From the IMG/VR virus record IMGVR_UViG_3300033070_001583, positions 11,154 to 75,153 of that record: a DNA stretch of 64,000 nt; one strand, given 5' to 3'. The notes under the pieces were generated by a model that was given only the letters and a program-made list of their open reading frames with translations, did no database searches and was not told where the DNA came from. Below, piece by piece: positions 20,484-29,793 of this stretch. Origin of the DNA: a virus (taxonomy: Duplodnaviria; Caudoviricetes). Made by a program: the position numbers and the translations under genes. The first letter of the stretch is position 1. The number at the start of each line of letters is the position of its first letter.

Positions 20484-21139
20484 CATACAGAGAAATCGAT
20501 ACAACAAAACCGGTTCGACAGGGTACAGAGTATGGAGAATCTTACTACACGAGTAAGAACTACGCTGGGTACCTTGAACGGTCTACTCGGTACGAACGGA
20601 TGGTATCAGACATTCACCACGATGTGTTCAGAAGGGTCGGATTGGACTTCGTTAGTAAGCCTGTTCTTGACTTTGGCTGCGCAGCTGGATTCACTGTCGC
20701 ATCGCTAGGACAGCTTGGGTACAAGTACGTCACTGGGTATGATGTATCAGACTGGGCAGTACAATGGGGAAGAGCGAATCTTGGACTCAGTAACCTCACA
20801 ACGAACGTCAAGTCTGTTGAGGGAAAGTACTGGGCACTCATGCTTGCATTCGATGTATTCGAGCATATGAGCGAACCGGTTCTTGCAGAAACACTCTCTA
20901 CTCTGAAACCAGATCATATTCTTGTAAGAATTCCAGTATCTGAGACAGACGGCGGTCGATACGTTCTTTCTGTGTCGGAGGCAGACAAAACTCACATTAT
21001 ACGACTCACAAAATCATCTTGGTGTGAGTGGTTCTCGAATCATGGGTACACAAGAGTGTTCAGCGTTAACACTGGTGGATTTTACGATTCGGATGGCGTT
21101 ATGTGTGCAATGTTCAGAAAATCTTCGATAAGATGGTGA
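20480..21139 (+). CDS. Class I SAM-dependent methyltransferase
   Basis: VLDFGCAAG; GYDVSDWA; FDVFEH. Confidence 0.88.
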   Translation: MTYREIDTTKPVRQGTEYGESYYTSKNYAGYLERSTRYERMVSDIHHDVFRRVGLDFVSKPVLDFGCAAGFTVASLGQLGYKYVTGYDVSDWAVQWGRANLGLSNLTTNVKSVEGKYWALMLAFDVFEHMSEPVLAETLSTLKPDHILVRIPVSETDGGRYVLSVSEADKTHIIRLTKSSWCEWFSNHGYTRVFSVNTGGFYDSDGVMCAMFRKSSIRW

Positions 21140-21140
21140 T

Positions 21141-21521
21141 ATGAAGAAAACATTTCACGATATCTTCTCTGATCAGTTGAGACTCATTCTTGGAAAATAC
21201 AGAGATGATCGTCTCAACGATTCAACATGCTCACTGATCTATCAGGACATCTATCAACAGTTGCTTGAGGTTCTCAAAGGTTCGTCTCTCAACGTGCATC
21301 AAGACACCGTGAACTGGCTTTCACAGCAGTATTATGACGGTATCAAGATAAACGGTAATAGCTCGCTGAATCCTAACATCTTTACAAAGAGACCGAATCT
21401 TACAGATCTTCCTACAAAAGATCTTGTAGTCCTGCTTGCAATGACGCAAAAGACAGGTTTTGCTCGCGATGTTGCAGAGGAGCTCAAAAAGCGTGGATTA
21501 GATACCTCGTGGGTTCTTTAG
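21141..21521 (+). CDS. Hypothetical protein
   Basis: ORF continuing the operon. Confidence 0.65.
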   Translation: MKKTFHDIFSDQLRLILGKYRDDRLNDSTCSLIYQDIYQQLLEVLKGSSLNVHQDTVNWLSQQYYDGIKINGNSSLNPNIFTKRPNLTDLPTKDLVVLLAMTQKTGFARDVAEELKKRGLDTSWVL

Positions 21522-22277
21522 CATACCGCGTGCAGCAAGATCATAAATGAGAGATGACGTAGTGATGTGACCAATCACTCCCCTTGATCCCCCGCCAGCT
21601 GCAGCAGGTCCAACGGGAGGCTTAGCAAGCCAGAATCTTCCGTTGCTCTGCTTGATTGTTCTTTCACAGTTCTTTATGCACTGTCCTCCTTCATCAACTT
21701 GTCCACCATCAACTGATTTCAGGAGAGTTCCATCTGGAGAAACTTCTTTACACACAAGAACGTGTTCGAATCCTCCTCCAGCGGCTCCTCCAATGAGAAC
21801 AATATCTCCCGCTCCTGGAAGTACGAGCTTGTCGCCAGGAACCCAGTACTGACGGCCAAGCTGCTTTGATAGTTTTTGTGCGCCGGCAACGAAATATTCA
21901 ATACTCTTTGCGACTGCCCACTTTGATGCTTCCTCTTGCTTTGAGATGTCGCCATCGAGATTATCATCATCTCTGTTCGTGAACTTATCGATTTCAACTC
22001 CCGAAATCGACAGAACAATACCTGCAAGATCCGTGCAAGCCGTATATCCTGCCCATACATGACGACCCTCTGTCATCAAAAACAGCTTTGCAATCTGCAG
22101 TTCAGTCGCACCTGGTTTCTGAGTTCCATCCGAGAAATACTCTGCAGTTCTTACGATTGCTTCCTGAATTCCCTCACCAGACATTGAAGTAAAGTCGACA
22201 GACGAGAACTGTGACATCACAAGTTCTGTCAAACGTTTCCTCTGAGAAATCCATTGTTGAAAATTCATAACGCTCAC
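21498..22277 (-). CDS. Putative Cys-His (CHAP/NlpC-P60-like) amidase or peptidase
   Basis: YTACTDL (Cys); GDIVLIGG...FEHVLV (His); VDGGQ. Shares these motifs with the C-terminus of 31155..32858. Confidence 0.5.
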   Translation of the reverse strand: MSVMNFQQWISQRKRLTELVMSQFSSVDFTSMSGEGIQEAIVRTAEYFSDGTQKPGATELQIAKLFLMTEGRHVWAGYTACTDLAGIVLSISGVEIDKFTNRDDDNLDGDISKQEEASKWAVAKSIEYFVAGAQKLSKQLGRQYWVPGDKLVLPGAGDIVLIGGAAGGGFEHVLVCKEVSPDGTLLKSVDGGQVDEGGQCIKNCERTIKQSNGRFWLAKPPVGPAAAGGGSRGVIGHITTSSLIYDLAARGMLKNPRGI

Positions 22278-22294
22278 CTAAGAATAGATACCAA

Positions 22295-23242
22295 ATGAAG
22301 GTTTATTTTGACAACGTCGACTTCAACTCACGAACTGGTCCGAATACATTCGCGATCAGACTGGCCCAGGCGCTCGGTTACAAATCAGTGACAATCGCTG
22401 ATAGCGATGATTATGACATTGCGCTTTCTTTCATCGAACCGTCTTCTGCTTTGAATAAAGACAAACCGTATGTTTTGAGACTCGACGGTTTCTGGTTTTC
22501 CCCGAAAGACTGGTCAACTCGTAATGTATCAATGAAGTCAGCGCATGAGAGTGCAGCTGCTGTAGTTTATCAGTCAGAGTTTGATAAAAAATTCTGTCAG
22601 ACGGCTTTTGGAAAGCCAAAATCAGAGCACGTTATCTTGAACGGTTCTTCAATTGGAAATCCAATTGCTGATGATTCTCTCTTGCGTCTGAGAAAGGAAT
22701 ACGATCAATTGTGGTGCTGCTCTGCAAACTGGCATGCACAGAAGAGATTTGAAGAAAATTATCGTCTCTTGAAGCACGTTAGAGAGAAGACTGGAATGAA
22801 AATCGGTATGATCGTCCTCGGTAAGGATCCTCCAATTAACATGTCAGCGAAGGATCGTGATGTATTTTACACAGGTAGCGTCGGTCACTATCAATGCATG
22901 AAAATATACGGAGCATGTGACTGGATGGTTCACATGGCCTGGCTGGATCACTGTCCAAATACTGTTGTTGAAGCCCTATCGGTTGGTACACCGGTGATTG
23001 TAGCAGGATCTGGAGGTACTCCAGAGCTTGTTTCTGCTACGGATGGTGGTATTGTCATACCGGACACTGAGTTTGACTTCACTCCGAACGATTACGAAAA
23101 TCCCCCTCCCGTGCTCGGTATTGATTCATTCGAGCTGCCGAGAAACAAGATCTTCCCGAATATGGATGGAGTCGATATCAGAATTGTCGCTGACAAATAC
23201 ATAGAAGTGTTTGAAATGGTACTCGGTACCAAAGTACAATAA
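22295..23242 (+). CDS. Glycosyltransferase family 4 (GT-B)
   Basis: SRTGPNTF; LDHCPNTVVEALSVGTPVI; GGTPELV. Confidence 0.88.
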   Translation: MKVYFDNVDFNSRTGPNTFAIRLAQALGYKSVTIADSDDYDIALSFIEPSSALNKDKPYVLRLDGFWFSPKDWSTRNVSMKSAHESAAAVVYQSEFDKKFCQTAFGKPKSEHVILNGSSIGNPIADDSLLRLRKEYDQLWCCSANWHAQKRFEENYRLLKHVREKTGMKIGMIVLGKDPPINMSAKDRDVFYTGSVGHYQCMKIYGACDWMVHMAWLDHCPNTVVEALSVGTPVIVAGSGGTPELVSATDGGIVIPDTEFDFTPNDYENPPPVLGIDSFELPRNKIFPNMDGVDIRIVADKYIEVFEMVLGTKVQ

Positions 23243-23245
23243 AGC

Positions 23246-24343
23246 ATGTATGATTTCCTGATTGTTGGATGCGGACTCTTTGGAGCGACATTCGCTCAGC
23301 AGGCAATCGCAAATGGGAAGAAAGTTCTCATTGTTGATGTGAGAGAACATATCGCTGGAAACTGTTACACAGAGAGAAAGCATAACATCGACGTACACAA
23401 GTACGGCCCACACATTTTCCACACGTCGAATAAAGCGATATGGGAGTACGTACAGCGTTTCTCGGAATTCAATTCGTATCGGCACCACGGGCGTGCACGA
23501 GTTGGAGATACTGTATACTCGTTTCCCATCAATTTGATGACGCTTCAGAGCGTGTATGGTGTCAAAACTCCAGACGAAGCAGAGGCTCTATTCGCAGAGT
23601 TTCATAAGTCTGCGTCAGATCTCGACATCACGAATCTTGAAGGGTGGGCGATCTCTCAGATCGGTGAGAAGCTCTACGAGATGTTCGTAAAGGGTTACAC
23701 TCAGAAACAGTGGGGTCGCGATCCTAAAGAGCTTCCTGCATCCATCATTCGTAGAATTCCTGTAAGGATGACGTACGATGATCGGTATTTCAACGATGTG
23801 TATAACGGAATTCCAGTTGACGGTTATACTGGAATGGTTCGGAATATGATCGAGGGAGCTGATGTCGTTCTCGGTTTCGATTATCTCAAGGACAGAAACA
23901 AGTACTCCGCTCATCACACGATCTTCACAGGTCCAATCGATGCTTACTACGAATACAAATTCGGTAAGCTAGAGTACAGAACGCTGAGATTCGAAGAAGA
24001 GACTCACGAAACTCAGTTCTATCAGGGTGCAAGCATCATCAACTACAACGATGTATCTGTACCATACACACGAATCACAGAACACAAGATGTTCACACTG
24101 GAACGTGGTTCTGATCGCACGATCATAACGAAAGAGTATCCTGACGAGTGGACACACGGTAAAGAACCCTTCTATCCCATTGCATGTATTAGAAACAAGA
24201 CAATGCTTCAGTGGTATCAGGGTCTTGCAAATTCAGAGAGTAACGTAACATTCGGAGGGCGATTGGGCACTTACCAGTATTACGACATGCATCAAGTAAT
24301 CGCGCAAGCGCTTACAATGTCAAAGAAATTTTTTAGCAAATGA
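23246..24343 (+). CDS. glf: UDP-galactopyranose mutase
   Basis: FAD-binding IVGCGLFG; HIAGNCY; HKYGPHIFHT; KQWGRDP; GRLGTYQYYDMHQ. Confidence 0.96.
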   Translation: MYDFLIVGCGLFGATFAQQAIANGKKVLIVDVREHIAGNCYTERKHNIDVHKYGPHIFHTSNKAIWEYVQRFSEFNSYRHHGRARVGDTVYSFPINLMTLQSVYGVKTPDEAEALFAEFHKSASDLDITNLEGWAISQIGEKLYEMFVKGYTQKQWGRDPKELPASIIRRIPVRMTYDDRYFNDVYNGIPVDGYTGMVRNMIEGADVVLGFDYLKDRNKYSAHHTIFTGPIDAYYEYKFGKLEYRTLRFEEETHETQFYQGASIINYNDVSVPYTRITEHKMFTLERGSDRTIITKEYPDEWTHGKEPFYPIACIRNKTMLQWYQGLANSESNVTFGGRLGTYQYYDMHQVIAQALTMSKKFFSK

Positions 24344-24726
24344 AGATAAAAGAAAAGCTCACAGATCGTGATCTCGCGCAGATCACGCACAATGTTGTAC
24401 GAGCATGTTCGTATGATGAATCATGTAGTGTTACGACTGAAATGTTGGATTATTTTCTGAATCTCGATATTCAAGATGATCTCAGCGTATCAGTGATGTC
24501 AAATCCCGTTGAGCTGGTACCAACTAAAAAAAGTGAATTTGAAGCAGTCTGTTCAGAGTCTCACAAGGCGGGTACGGGACCTGATGATAGGGAGACGTTT
24601 GCGAAGCATTTCAAAGGTGTTGTAACAAGCAGATATGCTCTCGGGTACAAAAAACTGTGGATCTACTGCTCAATGTTCTCAAAATCTGGGCAGTTTTGGT
24701 GTAGAATTGGATGGAGTAGAAAATGA
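24340..24726 (+). CDS. Hypothetical protein
   Basis: ATGA-coupled ORF. Confidence 0.6.
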   Translation: MKIKEKLTDRDLAQITHNVVRACSYDESCSVTTEMLDYFLNLDIQDDLSVSVMSNPVELVPTKKSEFEAVCSESHKAGTGPDDRETFAKHFKGVVTSRYALGYKKLWIYCSMFSKSGQFWCRIGWSRK

Positions 24727-25346
24727 CAGTCATCGGCGATCAAATCAATATCTCTTCGATCAGAGCAAACATGGATGGCCCGGGCTTTGCAGCCACAAAG
24801 GGCGCAGTCGTACCGCAATACGAGATGCTTGAGAGAGCGATCAACATCAAGCTACCTGCGAATGTCACCGCAAAGTTGATGATGAATCCCAGCGAAAATA
24901 TCTGGGACGATACAGGAAAAGCAGTACCTGCCCAAGCGAGCGTGATTCGGATCTGCTCAGCTAGTGAAAACCCAGTGCAAGTTTTGCAGATGATGATCGA
25001 CAATCAGAGCAAAACTTCTAAAAATAACATATTCTGCATCTACTGGTTGCTTTTTCAAGGACCTGATAACAACTGGTTTACAAGAAGCGCTTGGGTAAAA
25101 TGCTTAAATTTCCGACAGGAAAGAAGCATATATCGTACTCAGAATTCAGAATGTGGAAGGAGTGCACGTACAGACATTTCCTTACTCACGTTGAACGCGT
25201 TGATGATACGAAAGATGAGAACCCAACTCTCGCATTCGGTACGTCAATGCACAAGTTTTGCGAGTTGTATTTTTCAACGAGAGATCACACCGCAAGCATC
25301 AAATCTGCGATTTCCGAGTTCGAATCAGCATGGGAGTCAGGTCTAA
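24723..25346 (+). CDS. Hypothetical protein; 3' ~250 nt overlap the nuclease gene in another frame
   Basis: ATGA-coupled start; the distal part is probably not under selection as protein. Confidence 0.5.
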   Translation: MTVIGDQINISSIRANMDGPGFAATKGAVVPQYEMLERAINIKLPANVTAKLMMNPSENIWDDTGKAVPAQASVIRICSASENPVQVLQMMIDNQSKTSKNNIFCIYWLLFQGPDNNWFTRSAWVKCLNFRQERSIYRTQNSECGRSARTDISLLTLNALMIRKMRTQLSHSVRQCTSFASCIFQREITPQASNLRFPSSNQHGSQV

Positions 25347-25927
25347 AGTCAAAAGACAGAGCCGTCTTCACAGAAAAGGAGAAGAAGAGATGCATTACGA
25401 ATCTCATCAACTTCAGTGTAGACATACCTGAGTGGTTTGACGAGAAATTTCCAGGTTGGAAACTGATCGCAACTGAAGCTGCGATCATGACGCCAGTCGA
25501 TGAGGAGCACGGGACGGCCGGATATTCCTTCAAAGGATTCATCGACATCGTAATCGAATATGATGGAGACACATGGATTCTTGATTGGAAAACATCAAAC
25601 AAGGGATGGTCATCATCGAAGCGTAATGATGAGCTAACTCACAAGCAGCTTCAAATGTATGCAGCGTATTACAAGTCTCTTGGACTTCCTCAACCTGGCA
25701 ATATCAGAGGCGGCTTCGTAATTCTGAACAGATCTGCTGAACTTGGTGACAGGTCTTGCGATCTCGTAGAGATCAATCTTGACGAGACAAAACAGCAGGA
25801 CGGTAAGAAATCAATCAAGCACATGCTGAAAGTCATTGAGCGAGGAATCAGCATAAAAGATAAATCGGCTTGTTTCTTTTGTCCGTACACAAAAACAGAA
25901 CATTGCCCATTATCTGTTTATTTATAA
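25091..25927 (+). CDS. PD-(D/E)XK nuclease, Cas4/RecB-like with 4-Cys Fe-S staple; start probably 25100
   Basis: ISYSEFRMWKEC; KGFIDIV; ILDWKTS; QLQMYA; CFFCPY...HC. Confidence 0.88.
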   Translation: MGKMLKFPTGKKHISYSEFRMWKECTYRHFLTHVERVDDTKDENPTLAFGTSMHKFCELYFSTRDHTASIKSAISEFESAWESGLKSKDRAVFTEKEKKRCITNLINFSVDIPEWFDEKFPGWKLIATEAAIMTPVDEEHGTAGYSFKGFIDIVIEYDGDTWILDWKTSNKGWSSSKRNDELTHKQLQMYAAYYKSLGLPQPGNIRGGFVILNRSAELGDRSCDLVEINLDETKQQDGKKSIKHMLKVIERGISIKDKSACFFCPYTKTEHCPLSVYL

Positions 25928-25959
25928 CGGAATCTTGCGTACAGTATTGCCAACAGTAC

Positions 25960-27216
25960 ATGGCAATCGCAAAACGCAAGATTCTGATGATCTCGGATCA
26001 CCCTCTGTGTTCAAGCGGAGTTGGAACTCAGTCTAGATATCTCACACACGGATTGATATCGACTGGAAAGTACACTTTTCGCTGCCTCGGTGCTGCGCAG
26101 AAGCACGATAGTTACGAGGACGTTGCTCCACTACCTGATCTCATTATCAAACCAATCAATGGGTTTGGCGATAGAGACATGCTCCGTGGATTGCTGATCA
26201 ACGAGCGTCCAGATGCTCTTCTAATTTTCAACGATCCCAGATTTTTTATCTGGGCATGGGAGATGGAAGATGAGATTCATCAAATCTGTCCGATCGTTTA
26301 CAATCATCTTTGGGACAATCTTCCAGTACCAAGTTTCAACAAAGTACTGTATGAGTCGACGGATCTGATCAACTGCATCAATTACGATACGTACAGTTTC
26401 GTTTCGAAATGGTTTCCCGAGAAAACTAATTACGTTCCTCACGCGCTACCCACGAATCTGTTTCATCCTCTGCCAGAACAAAACAGAAACGAAGCAAGAG
26501 AAAAATTGCTCGGTAGCGATAAGAAGGATAATTTTCTCCTTCTGTGGGTGAACAGAAATGCTAGAAGAAAGCAGCCAGGAGATCTTCTCGCTGGATGGAA
26601 GCAATTCGTCGATAATCACGTATCTGAGCACGGAACAAAACCAGCCGCAACACTGATCATGCACACTGATCCGTTCGATATGGAAGGACCGAATCTCGTT
26701 GAAATCGTAAAGCTTCTCGAGCTCGAAGACTCAGTGAGATTTTCGAACGCAAGATGCGATTTCTCTGACATGAACATGATGTACAATGCAGCAGATGCTG
26801 TCATTAACGTCTCGTCTGCTGAGGGTTTTGGTCTCAGTACACTCGAAGCAATGTATGCTGGTAAGCCGATCATCGCGCATGCGACAGGTGGACTCAAACG
26901 TCAGGTTCGCGATTACAAAACAGACGAGCTGTACGGAGTTGAACTTGTTCCAGATGTCAAATCTCTAGTAGGCACCCAGATGTGTCCGTTCATATACGAG
27001 GATTTCCTTTCGCACAAATCAATTGCGAATGGAATCATGCAAATGTATAACAAAAGTCACAGTGAACGTGTTAGCATTGGCAAGAGAGCAATGGAATATG
27101 CTCACAGAGAATATAACATGGATTCACTGATCAAGTCTTGGGACGATACTTTGACGAACACTATCGACGCTTGGAAAGCAAACAAGAGCAGATCATGGTC
27201 GCAGGTGACTCTATGA
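25960..27216 (+). CDS. Glycosyltransferase family 4 (GT-B)
   Basis: ISDHPLCSSGVG; NRNARRKQ; SAEGFGLSTLEAMYAGKP. Confidence 0.92.
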   Translation: MAIAKRKILMISDHPLCSSGVGTQSRYLTHGLISTGKYTFRCLGAAQKHDSYEDVAPLPDLIIKPINGFGDRDMLRGLLINERPDALLIFNDPRFFIWAWEMEDEIHQICPIVYNHLWDNLPVPSFNKVLYESTDLINCINYDTYSFVSKWFPEKTNYVPHALPTNLFHPLPEQNRNEAREKLLGSDKKDNFLLLWVNRNARRKQPGDLLAGWKQFVDNHVSEHGTKPAATLIMHTDPFDMEGPNLVEIVKLLELEDSVRFSNARCDFSDMNMMYNAADAVINVSSAEGFGLSTLEAMYAGKPIIAHATGGLKRQVRDYKTDELYGVELVPDVKSLVGTQMCPFIYEDFLSHKSIANGIMQMYNKSHSERVSIGKRAMEYAHREYNMDSLIKSWDDTLTNTIDAWKANKSRSWSQVTL

Positions 27217-28394
27217 AGATCCTACTCAGAGCTCCATTGCTCACACAGTCTGGTTACGGTGTACACTCACGTCAGGTGTATGATTGGCTGAAAAGCGTTA
27301 CAAAGACATTTGACTGTGCTCCACTAAACTGGGGTAACACTGCGTGGTATCTCGATCGAGATGCTCTCGATGGTAGAATCGGTGAGATTATTGATAGATC
27401 GAGAGCAATCCAGCAAAGCTATGACGTATCCATACAGCTACAACTACCAGATGAGTGGGATATCAGAATTGCAAAAATCAACATCGGTATAACGGCGGGA
27501 GTTGAAACAGATTTCTGTAATCCGCTTTGGATTGATTACGTCAACAGAATGTCGCTTGTGATTGTGCCAAGTCAGCATACAAAAAATGCATTCGTAAAAT
27601 CTGCAAAACTGTATGACAAAGAGATCACGACTCAGATTTGCGTGATTCCTGAGTTTTACGAGAAAGAATACGTAAAGCCAGCAACCGGTTCTGTGCTAGA
27701 TCTGAGCAAGAATTTCAATTTTCTTATTGTCGGTCAGCTTACTGATCACAAGGAAAATCGCGATAGAAAAAATAACATGGCGACAGTGAGAGCGCTTCTA
27801 GAAGAGTTCACTCCAGATGATGACGTTGGAGTCGTCATCAAAACAAATTCTTCTAGAAATACGAAGATCGATCGTGCAGTTACACAAAAGTGTATTGAAG
27901 ATGTTGTAAACTCGACTCGCTCGAAGCTGAAACGAGACACCATTCCAATCGTGTATGTTCATGGAAACATGACAAACGAAGAAATGAATAACGTCTATCG
28001 TGATGAGCGTATCAAAGCTTATGTGAATCTTACGAGCGGAGAAGGATTTGGACTTCCGATTATGGAAGCGGCCCTTGCAGGGCTTCCTGTGATCGCCACC
28101 GACTGGTCTGCACACACTGAATACCTTGGCGATCGTTTCTCAAAGGTATCGTATAGACTGAAGCACATTCCGAATGAGAAGGTCGACGGAAGAATCTTCG
28201 TCGCTGGCTCTTCTTGGGCAAAGCCAGATATGACTGATTTTGCAAAGAAAGCGCGCGCGCTTGTTTCTGATGAAACATCGTACACGCTAGCGAAGATGTC
28301 AGCTAGGGCTAAATCAGAGCATCTGAAAGATATTCTTTCGAGCAAGAAAGTTTTCTATCAGTACTCGCAGCTGCTTGGTAAAATCATCAAATGA
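27213..28394 (+). CDS. Glycosyltransferase family 4 (GT-B)
   Basis: PLLTQSGYG; GEGFGLPIMEAALAGLPVIATDWSAH. Confidence 0.92.
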   Translation: MKILLRAPLLTQSGYGVHSRQVYDWLKSVTKTFDCAPLNWGNTAWYLDRDALDGRIGEIIDRSRAIQQSYDVSIQLQLPDEWDIRIAKINIGITAGVETDFCNPLWIDYVNRMSLVIVPSQHTKNAFVKSAKLYDKEITTQICVIPEFYEKEYVKPATGSVLDLSKNFNFLIVGQLTDHKENRDRKNNMATVRALLEEFTPDDDVGVVIKTNSSRNTKIDRAVTQKCIEDVVNSTRSKLKRDTIPIVYVHGNMTNEEMNNVYRDERIKAYVNLTSGEGFGLPIMEAALAGLPVIATDWSAHTEYLGDRFSKVSYRLKHIPNEKVDGRIFVAGSSWAKPDMTDFAKKARALVSDETSYTLAKMSARAKSEHLKDILSSKKVFYQYSQLLGKIIK

Positions 28395-28693
28395 TCTACC
28401 TGATCTCATTCATTGCGATCATTGAGCTGATCGCAATCATAATTCTTGCAAGAAAATGCTACCAGTTTGGTATTATGATTCTCGGAATAGAGAACAGAAT
28501 CGAAAGATGCATTGATTCTCTGAATGATTGCAATCGAAAGATCAAATCAAATCCGCATTACATGCTGTTTGAAGATCCTAGGATCAATGCAGCTCTCGAT
28601 GTTGTCGTAATAGCTCGCACGAGCATTGATAATGTAGCAAAATTGCTACAGTCAAGTTTTGAAGAATTCAAGAAGGAGGCTGAAAATGAGTGA
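28391..28693 (+). CDS. Small membrane-anchored coiled-coil protein
   Basis: Hydrophobic N-terminus (YLISFIAIIELIAIIILA). Confidence 0.6.
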   Translation: MIYLISFIAIIELIAIIILARKCYQFGIMILGIENRIERCIDSLNDCNRKIKSNPHYMLFEDPRINAALDVVVIARTSIDNVAKLLQSSFEEFKKEAENE

Positions 28694-29435
28694 AACAGTA
28701 GAAACAGCGGTTACGGAGCTAAAGAAACCAGCACCAAAGCGCAGAAGAAAAAAGAATACAGATCCGACAAAGCATTATTTCAATGCAGACACATCTGCTG
28801 CGATTGTCGAGTACTGCTCTGAAACTGATCGCAAAAAGAAAGAAGCTGTTTACATTTCGCGAATCAGACCTGCCTTCACAAAGCTTGTTGAGAACCTGAT
28901 CAACATCCACAAGTTTACATCAATGCACGATTCGCAGGCGGATCTCAGAGACGACTGTGTGACTTATTTGTTCGAGACAATGACGAAATTCGATCCATCG
29001 CGAGGAAGCAATGCGTTCAGTTACTTCAACGTCGTCGCAAAGAATCTTCTCATTGTGAAAGTAAAAGACAAAACTCAGAAGATGAGACGATATGTCTCTC
29101 TCGATGATCAGATGTCACAAAATGATCTTGAGAAGGTGGAAAGTACAAATAAGACGTTTCTTGATCCATCGATTCTTTGTCAATCAACAGAATCCAAGAA
29201 AGCTCTCGTTGAACGGCTTAACAAGATGATTGTGATCATGGATAATTCCATTGATCGTGTTGTTATCGACGCAATCAAAAGTTTGCTTGAATCTGCGGAT
29301 GATATCGACATCATGGGACGATCGGCTGCGATGATGTACATGAGAGAAGTGACCGGTCTCCCAATGAAACAGCTTACAAGCGTGATCAGACGTATCAAAA
29401 AAAGATATGACCAAATAAATAAATGGGAGATTTGA
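28686..29435 (+). CDS. Phage sigma factor, T4 gp55-like late sigma
   Basis: YFN...AIVEY and KFDPSRGSNAFSYFNVVAKN resemble the FDP....AF.YF motif of gp55-like region 2; sits directly before the baseplate genes. Confidence 0.72.
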   Translation: MSETVETAVTELKKPAPKRRRKKNTDPTKHYFNADTSAAIVEYCSETDRKKKEAVYISRIRPAFTKLVENLINIHKFTSMHDSQADLRDDCVTYLFETMTKFDPSRGSNAFSYFNVVAKNLLIVKVKDKTQKMRRYVSLDDQMSQNDLEKVESTNKTFLDPSILCQSTESKKALVERLNKMIVIMDNSIDRVVIDAIKSLLESADDIDIMGRSAAMMYMREVTGLPMKQLTSVIRRIKKRYDQINKWEI

Positions 29436-29436
29436 A

Positions 29437-29793
29437 ATGTCAATTGACGAAGAGATCAAAACAGCCGACGAACAATCAAAAAAATTCTCAGATATTCTTG
29501 ATCGTATTGAAGACGTACCGTCCCAACAAAAGACTCTCTGGCTAGAAATTTACGCGAATGCTGTCGAAGACCGTGCGAGGGCGCGATCAATGTTCGATGT
29601 GCTAGTTGAAACGTGTAAGAGCGCATCAGGAGAGCTAGCAGTACACGGTGCTACAATAGCAAAATTTCTTGAGAGAATGTCAAAAGCAAACGATCAGCTT
29701 GGGAAGCTGTCTGAACTTATCTCGCTTGTCAAAGAAAAGAACGAAAAAATTGACATTGAAGATGCGTACAACGCAATAGAAAAGAAGAAGTGA
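29437..29793 (+). CDS. Hypothetical helical protein
   Basis: ORF in the operon. Confidence 0.7.
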   Translation: MSIDEEIKTADEQSKKFSDILDRIEDVPSQQKTLWLEIYANAVEDRARARSMFDVLVETCKSASGELAVHGATIAKFLERMSKANDQLGKLSELISLVKEKNEKIDIEDAYNAIEKKK

